A DNA stretch of 64,000 bases from Bacillota bacterium (GCA_050951805.1 JBMNJT010000008.1:352001-416000); one strand, 5' to 3'. Numbered from the stretch's first letter, positions 1 to 10,417 are shown. The notes: a model not told the origin generated them from the letters alone. A program made the numbers and translations.

Positions 1-17
1 CCTGCAATAGGTATTGA

Positions 18-180
18 CCTGAATGCCTTGAAGAGCTCATCTGCCTGTTCAATGAAGCTAGCAATGAGGAAGCCGGGGACCACTTCACCCCGTGTGAAGC
101 AGTCAATCTGATGGTAGATACTCTTTTCCTGTCGGATGGCGATATCCTTTCAGTCAGAGGCATTGTCAATGCATTGTTTC
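18..180 (+). pseudogene. hsdM: Remnant of type I restriction-modification methyltransferase HsdM
   Basis: The frame of ORF 111..299 extended upstream reads LEELICLFNEASNEEAGDHFTPCEAVNLMVDTLFLSDGDILSVRGIV, matching the HsdM segment FEELIRxFNE(x)nAGEHFTPREVIxLMV. A stop lies at 15-17, and similarity ends before the YDPACGTGG SAM motif. Confidence 0.7.
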
Positions 181-255
181 ATTGCGATAGTGATTCTGCT
201 ATGAATTCTGAGGGATGGTGGGATTATACAAGAGCTTATGGACTTGGATTGATTC

Positions 256-1559
256 GATCAAGTCCGAGATATGCTGTAAAAATGGTTCTAGGTCGTTGAA
301 ACATGCCTATACAGATACGTGATCGAACCTGCCAGCGAATCCGATCCAATTCCTCGTCCTTGCTCCGTTGGACGCATTCGCTTGGTTTTCACTTTTTATC
401 CAAGCCGAGTGAGTATTGTACTCTGGCTCGGCCTCGCGGCAAGTTATGCCCAAGGCCGTGATATTCTTCCATGGCTAAACCCTGCTTGCCTCTCAGCCTT
501 CGCCGGAGTGGGCGGCGGCTAGCGGCTTGGATTATGACAAGAAGGGCTGAGCCTCAGGCAACGCGGAGGGCAGCTTCAGGCAAGGATTCTGCCTTGCCCG
601 ATTCACAAGCCTGCTTCCACTGCCAATACTCCGCCATGTTCAGGTACCTACGACCAGTAGACCAATCCTCATCCTTTTCGATAAGCACAGCGCCAATCAA
701 CCTCACAGCGGAGTCATCATTTGGGAATATCCTTATCACTCGTTCCCGCCTTCGGATCTCTTCGTTGAGCCTTTCTGCACAGTTGGTTGTTCGCAGCCTT
801 TTGCGGAGACACTCTGGCAGGACCATTACGGCCATCGCATCGTCAAAGCCCTCTTCAAGTCTTTCAATTGCCTTGGGAGCCAGATCTCCGAAATCAGCAC
901 GATCCCGTTAAGCAATTCTCTGGCCGTATTCATATCGGGCGCTTCAAACATGAGTCGGAGTCGGGAGTGAAGCTGATTCGTAAGCGCCTTGGGGCACGCA
1001 TCCAGGATGTTTTTGGTAAAATGAGTCTGGCAACGCTGCCATGATGCCCCCCTGAAATTCTATGGCCACAGCATTGACCAACCCACCGTGATCATCCGAG
1101 ACCACAAGATCCACGCCCGAAAGGCCCCTCGCTTTCAAGGCCCTGAAGAAATTGCGCCACGAGTTTTCCTTCTCACTATCTGCAAGCATGAACCCGAGAA
1201 TCTCACGCATGCCTTCAGAGTCTATGCCTACAGCAATCAACGCACTATGGTTCCAAACCCTACCTCCCTTACGTATCTTGAACACTATGGCATCAACTAT
1301 CAGAAATGGGTATGGCCCTTTATCGAGAGGACGTTCACGCCATTCACGAACCACAGGGTCTAGCGTTTTCACCATGTCTGAAACTGTCGATTTTGAGATC
1401 TCCACGCCACATAGCTCTTGAGTTATCTTTCGGATCTTGCGGGTAGACACCCCGTTTACTACCATTTCAACCAATGTAGTAATCAAGGCCTGTTCGCTGC
1501 GCTGGTAACGGTCGAAAAGATTCGTATTCAGCTTACCCTTTCTAAACTGAGGGATTCCA
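256..1559 (-). mobile_element. Truncated IS256-family insertion sequence
   Basis: Contains transposase fragments. An IS256-like terminus GATCAAGTCCGAGATATGCTGTAAAA lies at about 256-281. The 5' part is cut off at the ISLre2 left end. Confidence 0.7.
554..1559 (-). pseudogene. IS256-family transposase pseudogene (5'-truncated, two frameshifts)
   Basis: Motifs FDRYQRSEQAL, GVSTRKI, FLIVDA and VVSDDHGGL; then WQRCQTHF in another frame after the C6 run at 1047-1052; a second shift near 900; then RTTNCAERLNEEIRRRERVIRIFPN. Confidence 0.85.
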
Positions 1560-3323
1560 GATGGTGTAACTTTAGAGTAGGACGGGGAGAGGGAACGGGT
1601 TAGCGACGAAGAAGAGAGACCACAAAGTCCTGGAAGACGTTCCTGAGCGGGACGTCGCGGTGAAGTAATCCACCATCCAGCGCCCAGAAAGGTGGTCTCT
1701 CTATGGATGAGTTTATTCGTCGTGTTATGGATGCATTCCTGCAAGGGGTAGAGGATGTTGTAGCCGCTTTGTGCAAGGGGATGTCTGCTCCGGAGGCGGA
1801 AATGATGATCAAGGAACGTTGCGACAACCTTGCGGTAGCAATGTATTCGGAATACCTGAAAGAAGTGGACAGGCAGGTGCGTAACGACTTAGAGAACCGT
1901 AAGGGCTGGGTTGTGAACAAAAGAAGAGACAGCCGTTCAATCTTGAGCATCATGGGAAACGTTGAATATGAACGAACTTACTACCACAACGAAGGGACAG
2001 GCGAGTACCGGCACTTGTCAGATGATGTATGCGGGATAACGCCCCATGCACGCATTACGCCACTCTTCAGAGCGAACCTTGTGGAGAACTCATGTGATAT
2101 GTCGTATGGAAAGGCGGGCGAACTCACGGGGAGGTGCGCAGTAAGCGATCAAACTGTTATGAATTCGCTGAAGAAGCTCAAATTGGATCTGCCGACAAGT
2201 AATGACGGTGCACCAGCCCAAGAGAAGCGGAAGGTTAAGAAGCTGTATATCGAGGCCGACGAAGATCATCTCAGCGGGAATAGGAATAAGCGAATGCGGT
2301 TAGAACCGAAGCTTGTATACGTTCATGAGGGCCGAAAGAGGGTTGGACGTGGCCGCACCGAGCTGGTGCACGCGAAATACTTTGGAGGAATGTACAAGGA
2401 CCCTGAGGAGCTCTGGTGGGAAGTATACTGGTACATAGAGCAGACTTATGATATCGACTCCATAGAGATAATCTTCGTCACTGGGGATGGAGCCAACTGG
2501 ATAACGTTTGGGGCCGAATTCATGGTGAATGGGGTGCGCTTGCCTGACCTGTTCCATCTACGCAAATACATTGTAGCTGCTTGTCATGGCGATAAAAAAC
2601 TGATGAGCAAGCTATGGAAGGCAGTAGATTCAGCAGAGCGCAGCAAAACCTTCGAGATTCTGGATGAAGCGGGATCCACCACGGTAACTAAGGGTCAGGC
2701 AAAATCCGTTGAGAGATGCCGCACTTACATATCGAACATGTGGGGCGCAATCGAAAACCGGCGGAGGTATTACCAGGAAGTAGTAGGTTGCAGTGCAGAA
2801 GGCCATGTAAGCCACATCTATTCGGATCGCATGTCCAGCCGCCCGATGTCATGGTCCGAGGAAGGGGCCAACATCATGGCCAAGCTGCGAGTGAAAAAGG
2901 CCAACGGCGAATCTGTAAGTGCCTGCGCCTTACCCAGCACAGCTCCCCGATTTGGGAGCATTAAGATCGACCAGGGTAAAGCTCAACAGCTATGCTCGGA
3001 GGCAAAGACTATGGTTAGAACTAGCGGGAAGTGTCTGTGCAACCAGTTGGGCAATGTGCCAGTCCTAAAGGGCAACGCCAGCTTTACTGCGCGGGTATTC
3101 AGGGAACTTCGGGATTCTATAGCCATATGATATGGGTCCGTTGTTGACGGCCATTGTGATTTTCCCGAGGGGGAATACGCTACTTCGCATCACCCATATG
3201 CAACCAGTATCAAACAATAGCGCTGGATAAACCAAGCTTATATGGTTTTAACGACAGAGTCGGCATACCGGGATTAGCCAATGGTCTCTTAGCTGTTCTT
3301 TCCTACAGTAGGTTGACGCCGTC
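1560..3323 (+). mobile_element. ISLre2-family insertion sequence
   Basis: Imperfect terminal inverted repeats: GATGGTGTAACTTTAGAGTAGGA (1560-1582) versus the reverse complement of 3301-3323, GACGGCGTCAACCTACTGTAGGA (15/23 identical). They flank an intact transposase. Confidence 0.8.
1703..3130 (+). CDS. ISLre2-family (UPF0236) transposase
   Basis: 475 aa; motifs GNVEYERTYY, LYIEADEDH, GDGANWI, DLFHL, GCSAEGHVSH and RMSSRPMSWS. Confidence 0.9.
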   Translation: MDEFIRRVMDAFLQGVEDVVAALCKGMSAPEAEMMIKERCDNLAVAMYSEYLKEVDRQVRNDLENRKGWVVNKRRDSRSILSIMGNVEYERTYYHNEGTGEYRHLSDDVCGITPHARITPLFRANLVENSCDMSYGKAGELTGRCAVSDQTVMNSLKKLKLDLPTSNDGAPAQEKRKVKKLYIEADEDHLSGNRNKRMRLEPKLVYVHEGRKRVGRGRTELVHAKYFGGMYKDPEELWWEVYWYIEQTYDIDSIEIIFVTGDGANWITFGAEFMVNGVRLPDLFHLRKYIVAACHGDKKLMSKLWKAVDSAERSKTFEILDEAGSTTVTKGQAKSVERCRTYISNMWGAIENRRRYYQEVVGCSAEGHVSHIYSDRMSSRPMSWSEEGANIMAKLRVKKANGESVSACALPSTAPRFGSIKIDQGKAQQLCSEAKTMVRTSGKCLCNQLGNVPVLKGNASFTARVFRELRDSIAI

Positions 3324-3683
3324 CGGTCATGTGAAGGTGCTACTCTTCACCTGTAACGCACGCGCGCATGCAGTATGGGATATGTCTGCCGTAAGCGTCA
3401 AATGGCAACTACATGGCCACCGACTTCAGAGTCAGGGGAGTAAGTGGCGCGCGGCGGCGCTCGGAGTGTGGTCTGAAGCCCGGCGTCGAAAAGCCGGCCA
3501 CCCCGAAAATCCAGTCCCATGTGCCGATGGGTGAACATCACATCGGTTACACTACTACAGGGATTCTTTAAGGTGGCCACGATTGAGTCTATCCCATATG
3601 GCTACTGGCGTCGCCCTATTCGATTCTGGCTGCTCTTATCTTAGACGCCACAATATGGTGGTTTGCAGATCGGTTTGCAAAAC

Positions 3684-3709
3684 AAAAAGACCTGCCCATT
3701 GGCAGGTCT
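3684..3709 (-). terminator. Intrinsic terminator downstream of tRNA-Arg
   Basis: AGACCTGCC/GGCAGGTCT stem followed by a T-run on the minus strand. Confidence 0.6.
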
Positions 3710-3748
3710 ACCCAGTTACCTAAACCCCAGTCCATCAAGGGTTTGATA

Positions 3749-3824
3749 TGGCGCGCCTGGCAGGAATCGAACCTGCGGCCCACGGATTAGAAGTCCGTTG
3801 CTCTATCCCCTGAGCTACAGGCGC
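3749..3824 (-). tRNA. tRNA-Arg(TCT)
   Basis: Cloverleaf GCGCCTG...CAGGCGC-G-CCA; anticodon arm ACGGA-CTTCTAA-TCCGT; T-loop GGTTCGATTCC. Confidence 0.97.
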
Positions 3825-4055
3825 GCAAGACATGTTGCCGGATACCACATCCAGCAGAAAACATTATAACACCGCGTCGAGTTCAAGTCAAAACCGGATC
3901 CACCCCAAATGGCTCGCCGCTCAACTGCCGTTTTCCTTAATTGGAAGCACTAGAGGTTATAGCACGGCAGCGATAAACCCAAACGCAATGAGTTGCAGCA
4001 TGATCAAGGAAAACTAATAAAACACAGCACAATTATGTCCTGCATAACTATACGC

Positions 4056-4084
4056 TTGCATTGTATGATGATGCGATATATAAT
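4056..4084 (+). promoter_or_regulatory. SigA-type promoter of the amidohydrolase
   Basis: TTGCAT-N17-TATAAT. Confidence 0.6.
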
Positions 4085-4133
4085 GGTCGGCATAACCATT
4101 CATCACACATACTGAAAGGGGATTCGATCTAGG

Positions 4134-5816
4134 ATGTCGCATCAAACCAAAAAAGCGTTAACTACATGCTTTGTATCAGTTTGTCTCGTCCTTTGCCTTG
4201 CATTTGGCCTTCTAGTGCCTATGCCAACCATGGCTGCAGATGAGCAAGGCGGAGATGTTATGGCAACGGCGATCAAATTCGCGGAAGACCATGCTGATCT
4301 TACTGAGGAAATCGCCAGTGCACTGTGGGGGTACGCCGAGATAGGGCTTGCGGAGTACAAGTCGTATGTCAAGGCCCGAAGTGTTCTGGCGGAAGCCGGA
4401 TTTGAGATCATCGATTCAGCTGCGGATATCCCGACGTGCCTAGTTGCCCAATGGGGCTCAGGCAATCCTGTAATCGGTATCTATGAGGATATTGATGCTC
4501 TGCCAGGCGTTGGCCATGGATGCGGACACAACCTGAACACCGCAGCCGGTATCGTGGCGGCTATGGCTATGAAGCATGCCATGGAGACACACGACATACA
4601 GGGCACGATAAAGGTGTTTATCAACCCCGCAGAGGAAGTATGGGATGTTGCTCCCCTCGTTGCCGCTGCAGGATACTATGATGACGTCGACGCGTTGATC
4701 AGTTTTCACGCAGGAACAGAAAATACGTCTGAGTACGGAAGTACGATGGCTATGGACCATGTGGAATACAAATTCAAGGGGCAGCCTGCTCATGCTGCTG
4801 CTGCTCCTGAGAAAGGCATCAGCGCTCTCGATGCCGTGGAGATAATGAACGTGGCAGTCAATTACCTCAGAGAACACCTGATTCAGGAGATGAGGATACA
4901 TTACGTCATAACAGATGGTGGCGCCGCTCCCAATATAGTGCCTGCCACTGCCGCCAGCCGCTACTTCATCCGTGGGCCCGAATATCCTGACGTGGCTCAC
5001 GCTCGGCAGCGCATAGACGATTGCGCGAAAGCGGCCGCTCTTGCCACAGGCGCCCAGCTCGAGATAGGATTTAGTTCAGGCATATACAACAAGGTTCCCA
5101 ACAAGACCTTAGCCCTCAAGGCCATAGATGCGATAGACTTCGTAGGGACGCCTAAGTTCAATGAGGACGACATAGCTAAGATGGCAGCCCTCGGCATCGC
5201 CGGCGTGCCATCCGGCGCTATCACGGAGCCTACAGGAAGTCAGAGTTTCGGTTCTGATCCAATAGGCGACGTAACTTGGAAGACTCCTGCCACTACCATA
5301 GGGATTGCTACGTGGGTTCCGGGAACTGCAGGCCACTCGGTGGAGGCGGCTCTGCAGAGTGGATCGGTTTATGGTTTCAAGGGAGCAGCAGCTGCATCCA
5401 AAGCCCTTGCAGTCCTGGGACTGGAACTGATGACGAACCCGGATTCACTGGCTGCCATCGTTGCGGAATACGAGGATAGGATGAAGGACATGCCCCCATA
5501 CGAGGGCAAGGCAATGATACCGGAAGTAGCTTATCCGGAGGCGCCTGGAGTTGTGGTATCAGCTTCAAAGGGCTGTGTACTGCTGACATCTGCTGAAACA
5601 GCGTTCGAAGAAGCCGAAGGTGACGTCATAGCAGTCAAGTCGGCTTCCGGAGAAGTGTTTGGCGAGTTTCTCGTTGGGGCCAAACCCCTGGACGCAGCAG
5701 CCGAGTATTCCTTTGCTCTCAGCGGAAAGATCGAGCCTGGCCAGAGGCTGAAGATCTTTTATACTGCAGCCGGAACCAACAGCACATGGTTCTACGGCTA
5801 TGTTCACGCAGAATAA
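4134..5816 (+). CDS. M20 amidohydrolase (AbgB-like) with signal peptide and C-terminal extension
   Basis: Motifs DALPG, GHGCGHN, PAEE, AHAAAAPE, SALDAVE and GGAAPNIVP; hydrophobic N-terminus ending TMA|ADE. Confidence 0.85.
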   Translation: MSHQTKKALTTCFVSVCLVLCLAFGLLVPMPTMAADEQGGDVMATAIKFAEDHADLTEEIASALWGYAEIGLAEYKSYVKARSVLAEAGFEIIDSAADIPTCLVAQWGSGNPVIGIYEDIDALPGVGHGCGHNLNTAAGIVAAMAMKHAMETHDIQGTIKVFINPAEEVWDVAPLVAAAGYYDDVDALISFHAGTENTSEYGSTMAMDHVEYKFKGQPAHAAAAPEKGISALDAVEIMNVAVNYLREHLIQEMRIHYVITDGGAAPNIVPATAASRYFIRGPEYPDVAHARQRIDDCAKAAALATGAQLEIGFSSGIYNKVPNKTLALKAIDAIDFVGTPKFNEDDIAKMAALGIAGVPSGAITEPTGSQSFGSDPIGDVTWKTPATTIGIATWVPGTAGHSVEAALQSGSVYGFKGAAAASKALAVLGLELMTNPDSLAAIVAEYEDRMKDMPPYEGKAMIPEVAYPEAPGVVVSASKGCVLLTSAETAFEEAEGDVIAVKSASGEVFGEFLVGAKPLDAAAEYSFALSGKIEPGQRLKIFYTAAGTNSTWFYGYVHAE

Positions 5817-5854
5817 GCTGACACAGGCCTAAGACGATGGTCGTCGCCTACACC

Positions 5855-5901
5855 AAAAAGGCGGCAGCTGACTGGCTCCCAAGTTGTTCAGCTGCCGCCT
5901 T
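5855..5901 (-). terminator. Terminator between convergent amidohydrolase and mal operon
   Basis: 14-bp stem AAGGCGGCAGCTGA/TCAGCTGCCGCCTT with a T-run on the minus strand. Confidence 0.65.
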
Positions 5902-5995
5902 ATCAACAGACTGCGAGTGCGTATGGGTTAAAAACCACCGCACACGCCTATACGCAGTCTACATGTGCGGGCAGTTTTTGCTATGCTTTCCCTGA

Positions 5996-7843
5996 CTAAG
6001 ATTGAACTTGAAAAACGGCTGCCCCCATACCTGGCAGGCCAACCACATGCCGGCCACAATTCTCGCCTACCGCCGACATCGATGCCTGCGTATTGTCGGA
6101 TCTGCCTTGACCAGTATTGTCGCCGTGCAGGCTGAAGATTTGCTTCATCGGCATGCCGGCCCACTGCTCTAGTTCGTGTGTCTTTCTCATGCGCTCTGCG
6201 ACAAGCTTCGTATTTACCGTCTGAGGCTCTTCTGTGTTGTTGAGCGCGACGACGATGCACGCGTCATCATCCCATCTAGCATAGACGTAAGGACTGTCCG
6301 GCCCGTCTGCAATGAGTGATGCGAAGTCTCCACGCCTGAGGACCGGATGTTCGGCTCGGAGCCGGGCTAGGGCCCGATGATGCTCGAGGAGATCGAGGTC
6401 CCATAAGTCTTCCTCCCAAGGCATGCATTTTCTGCAGTCCGGATCCTCTCCGCCTTTGAGCCCGATTTCATCCCCATAGTAGATGTAGGGAGTTCCTGTA
6501 TACGTGAACTGGAACGTGGTAGCCAGCATCAGCCTCGCAGTATCTCCCCGGCATGCGGTGAGGAACCGCTGTCGATCGTGGGACCCCAGAAGGTTCCACA
6601 TGGCATACTGTGTTTGTCTGCGGTAGTGCATGGCTGTGGCGGTTATGCCGTCTGCAAAATCGGCAGTCCCGATTCGTCGGCGGGCGAAGTAATCGAGACA
6701 CAGCTCTCTCCAGGGGTAGTTCATGACCGAGTCCATCTGGTCCCCGCGGAGAAATGGCGAGGCATCATGGAGGATTTCGCCCACTATTAGGATGTCGGGC
6801 TTTATTTGCCGCATCCGCGTCCTGAACTCGCGCCAGAACCCCTGGTCTACATCGTCCGCCACATCAAGCCGCCAACCGTCGATGTCGAGTGTGCGCGTCC
6901 AGTGCTCAGCCGCTGAGATGAGGTAATCGCGGACTTCGGGATTGTCGGTCCGGAATTTCGGCATCTGCCATATCCCGGGACCAAATGTTTCGTAGTTCGG
7001 CTTTGGACGTGTGCGCACCGGATAGCCGTGGATATTGAACCACTTCCAGTATGGCGAGGCGTCGCCTTTTTTTACCACGTCGCGAAATGCGAAAAAGTCG
7101 TAGCCGGAGTGGTTGAAGACAGCATCAAGAACGACGCGGATTCCCCGGGCGTGGCACTGATCCACAAGATGTCGCGCCGTATCCTCGTTTCCGAAATGCG
7201 GATCGATGTGATAATAGTCAATGGTGTCGTACTTGTGATTCGACGACGAAAGGAAGATAGGGGTGAGGTAGAGGCACGACACCCCCAAAGAGGATATGTA
7301 GTCGAGCTTTTCGATGATTCCAGCCAGGTCTCCCCCGGAAAAGGAGCGCGGTGTGGGCAGCGTTCCCCATCTGGATACTCCGGGCGGGTCATTTGCCCGG
7401 TCGCCATTGGCGAATCTATCCACAAAGATCTGATACACCACTGCGTCCTGAGCCCACTTCGGGGGATCATCCATGCCTCCATGATACCAGATGCACGGGT
7501 ATTGGAAACACCATGTCCATGGCTCGTCCTGTGGCGGTTCGTCCGAAAAACCGCCTTCACCGTAGCAGATGCGTTTTTCATCATCTTGAAGCTCGAAATA
7601 GTACATGAAGCGCCCATATTGAAGCTTCATGCTTCCTCTCCAGTAATCGAAGAGTCCATCAGATCCTGCGATCCAGAGACGAGTACTGCTAGTGCGGGCA
7701 TGTGGCGTGTATCTGTCGGTGTATACTGCCTCAACTCGCCGCAGATCGCCTCTGGCTGCACGGAGCACGATTTCAAGCCGGTCATCACTGATTGGATATG
7801 CCATTGCATCGTAAGGCACATGCCATATTGCGTGTTTCTGCAA
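5996..7843 (-). CDS. GH13 neopullulanase / cyclomaltodextrinase
   Basis: N-terminal domain plus YQIFVDRF, DAVFNH, DGWRLDVA, GEI, LLGSHD and YYGDEIG. Confidence 0.92.
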   Translation of the reverse strand: MQKHAIWHVPYDAMAYPISDDRLEIVLRAARGDLRRVEAVYTDRYTPHARTSSTRLWIAGSDGLFDYWRGSMKLQYGRFMYYFELQDDEKRICYGEGGFSDEPPQDEPWTWCFQYPCIWYHGGMDDPPKWAQDAVVYQIFVDRFANGDRANDPPGVSRWGTLPTPRSFSGGDLAGIIEKLDYISSLGVSCLYLTPIFLSSSNHKYDTIDYYHIDPHFGNEDTARHLVDQCHARGIRVVLDAVFNHSGYDFFAFRDVVKKGDASPYWKWFNIHGYPVRTRPKPNYETFGPGIWQMPKFRTDNPEVRDYLISAAEHWTRTLDIDGWRLDVADDVDQGFWREFRTRMRQIKPDILIVGEILHDASPFLRGDQMDSVMNYPWRELCLDYFARRRIGTADFADGITATAMHYRRQTQYAMWNLLGSHDRQRFLTACRGDTARLMLATTFQFTYTGTPYIYYGDEIGLKGGEDPDCRKCMPWEEDLWDLDLLEHHRALARLRAEHPVLRRGDFASLIADGPDSPYVYARWDDDACIVVALNNTEEPQTVNTKLVAERMRKTHELEQWAGMPMKQIFSLHGDNTGQGRSDNTQASMSAVGENCGRHVVGLPGMGAAVFQVQS

Positions 7844-7880
7844 CCTTTAGTATCCCTCGTTTCTTGGTGTTTGCAATTGA

Positions 7881-8738
7881 TTATTCCTTGACCGCGCCGC
7901 GCGTCAGCCCCGATACCAGCTCGTTTTGGAGAAGCGCAAAGAGCGTAAGGATTGGAGCAGAACCTATGATTGCGGCAGCGGAAAACACCCCCCACCTTTT
8001 TGCATACTGATCGCCAATGAACGATTGGAGTCCTACTGCCAGCGTAAGGACGTCGTTTGACGACAACAGGACCTTTGCCAGGACATACTCTGAATAGGTC
8101 CCAATGAACTGGAGGAAGAAGATAACCACAAGAATAGGGCGGGACAGCGGCAGTATTACCTTGTAGAAACATTGGAACCGTGTTGCCCCGTCTATTGTCG
8201 CCGCTTCCTCCAGCGACGTGGGTATGGTGTCGAAGTAGCCTTTCATCAGCCACACGTTAACCCCCATGGCGCCGCCCAAATACACCAGAATGAGCCCTCC
8301 ATGGGTATTGAGGCCGAACGTCGGAAAATGCTCGCCGATCCAGAGCAGGAGTAAGTAGATAGCGACCATCGCTAGCATCTGCGGAAACATCTGAATCAGC
8401 AGGATCGAGAAGAGCCCGGTCTTTCTCCCGCGGAAACGAAATCGGGAGAAGGAATAGGCGGCCAACGACGTCATGATGACCACCAGGGCCGACGTGATAA
8501 ATGAGACCTTTAAAGTGTTTAGCATCCACCGTCCGAACGGGTGAGTGGGGTCATTAAATAGCTTTCTATAGTTCTCCAGTGATGGATTGCTCGGTATAAG
8601 CTTCTGCCCGATTATGGTGTTTGAAGGGTCGAACGAAGCCGATATTATCCAAAGCACCGGCAGAATGGCGAATGCTATGCACAGCCATATGACTATGTGG
8701 CGCCACAAGTAGGCCGGTTCTAAGAACCCCTTATACAT
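7881..8738 (-). CDS. malG: Maltose/maltodextrin ABC permease MalG
   Basis: EAA loop EEAATIDGA, QMFP motif, six TM segments. Confidence 0.9.
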   Translation of the reverse strand: MYKGFLEPAYLWRHIVIWLCIAFAILPVLWIISASFDPSNTIIGQKLIPSNPSLENYRKLFNDPTHPFGRWMLNTLKVSFITSALVVIMTSLAAYSFSRFRFRGRKTGLFSILLIQMFPQMLAMVAIYLLLLWIGEHFPTFGLNTHGGLILVYLGGAMGVNVWLMKGYFDTIPTSLEEAATIDGATRFQCFYKVILPLSRPILVVIFFLQFIGTYSEYVLAKVLLSSNDVLTLAVGLQSFIGDQYAKRWGVFSAAAIIGSAPILTLFALLQNELVSGLTRGAVKE

Positions 8739-10308
8739 TCTCGTGCACCTCCTCGAGGGCGCCTGTGAAGCGGAAGTTGAACCAGCTCAGTGTGCCGATT
8801 ATTAGGAAGATCAATATGGTTACTGCTGAAGCAAGCCCGTAGTCGGTTCCAGAACCGCTTTCAAAAGCCAGACGGTAAGTGTAAGTAATCAGTATGTCGG
8901 TTGCCCCTGCAGGAGTCTGCGCGCCGGGAATAGCCGGTCTTCCCTGGGTGACCAGGTATATCACACCAAAATTGTTGAAATTGAAAGCGAAACTCGACAC
9001 AAGCAAGGGCGCTACGCTTACGAGCAGGAGCGGGAATGTGACATGCCAGAACTGCTGCCAGCCGGTGGCGCCGTCTACCCGGGAAGCCTCATAGAGCTCG
9101 TCCGGGATGCTCTGAAGTGAACCGAGGCTGACTAGCATCATGTACGGGAATCCAAGCCAAAGGTTGACTATTATCAGTGCGACCTTGGCCCAGAATGGAT
9201 CCTGCAGCCACGGCACTCTCACGTTGAAAAGGAACTGGAGCATGTCATTGATGAGCCCCACTTCCGCGTTGAGGAGGCCTCTCCAGATGAGCGCGGATAT
9301 GAAGGCGGGCATCGCATAGGGGATAACCAGCAGAACTCTGTAGAATCCTTTGAACTTCATTTTCTGGTCATTGAGAAGGACAGCGAGGAGAAGGCCGAGG
9401 ATAAACGTGGTTACCACAGAAAGCGCCGCCCATTCAAAAGTCCATACGAACACCCTGAAAAACGGGCCTGACACCTGGGGACTTCGGATTAACCTCGCAA
9501 AATTGCTCCACCCGACCGGCGCACGATAGCCTACGTCCAAAGCTTCCCCGTCGTCTGCCAGAAAAGTGCCTTGCGTCGCTGTATAAACTTTTCCGGTGGT
9601 CGTGTCAATGAGGGCATCCAGATTGCTATCGTAGGAATATTGAGGCTTATATGTGGCAAACCGATCCACGTTCCTCATCTTGAGTATAAAGTCCTCGAAG
9701 TGGAACTGGAGAGCCTCTACTGCACTCATGTGCTGGAAGAGTTCGAGCGTGCCGAGGCGCTGATAGGGGCCTATGCTTTCCGGAACGCCATCTGAATCCG
9801 CGTATTCAACGGGCAGTTGGACCTCGCCAAGCGGGAGAACTTCACCGTCTACGCCGAGCAACTTCTCTCCCTTAGGGTCGATGAGGACGACTGCGAATCT
9901 GCCGTCATGGCTTTTGTACATTGCAGCAGGGTACTCCGGCGCATCTTCCTGCAGGGTGGCCCGGGAGAGGTAGTTCTCGATTACCTGTTCTTTTGTGAGG
10001 AGGTGGCCGGTGCCGTAGTTTGTGAAGGCCACAGCCACTGTGTAACATATGGGATACACCACCATGGCTGCCATGAAGATGAGGCCTGGAATCAAGTAGC
10101 GCCATGGGAACAGGCGCGGAGTCAGGAAGACCCAATCGATCAGAGCGCATCCCGCTGCAAGCATGACAGCTATCCAATAGGCGCTTTCGCCTATCAGAAC
10201 GAATATGGCCCAGATGGCCAATGCGTTGAGTATTCCCAGGAGTGCGACCTTTGCAATCAATCCTGGAATCGGCATATCGACGGGCGCGCGTCTTGTCGCG
10301 ACTTTCAA
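8731..10308 (-). CDS. malF: Maltose/maltodextrin ABC permease MalF
   Basis: AFTNY, large P2 loop, EASRVDGA, FAFNFNNF, TDILITY. Confidence 0.9.
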   Translation of the reverse strand: MKVATRRAPVDMPIPGLIAKVALLGILNALAIWAIFVLIGESAYWIAVMLAAGCALIDWVFLTPRLFPWRYLIPGLIFMAAMVVYPICYTVAVAFTNYGTGHLLTKEQVIENYLSRATLQEDAPEYPAAMYKSHDGRFAVVLIDPKGEKLLGVDGEVLPLGEVQLPVEYADSDGVPESIGPYQRLGTLELFQHMSAVEALQFHFEDFILKMRNVDRFATYKPQYSYDSNLDALIDTTTGKVYTATQGTFLADDGEALDVGYRAPVGWSNFARLIRSPQVSGPFFRVFVWTFEWAALSVVTTFILGLLLAVLLNDQKMKFKGFYRVLLVIPYAMPAFISALIWRGLLNAEVGLINDMLQFLFNVRVPWLQDPFWAKVALIIVNLWLGFPYMMLVSLGSLQSIPDELYEASRVDGATGWQQFWHVTFPLLLVSVAPLLVSSFAFNFNNFGVIYLVTQGRPAIPGAQTPAGATDILITYTYRLAFESGSGTDYGLASAVTILIFLIIGTLSWFNFRFTGALEEVHENV

Positions 10309-10417
10309 GTCATTTCACCCTCCCTGAGCTAGCGCAAGGGCGCGCGCCCTTGTCGAACTGTCGGCATGACGGGCGGCGCCCCCACGAAATCAGGCATCGC
10401 GTGAACATTGTGCAAAC

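Noticed and set aside
1560-1744. N-terminal ~60 aa of ORF 944..1744
   Set aside because: Read-through into the ISLre2 left end; not IS256 sequence.
3324-3650. Integrase remnant next to tRNA-Arg
   Set aside because: No tyrosine-recombinase motifs recognised in the frames read.
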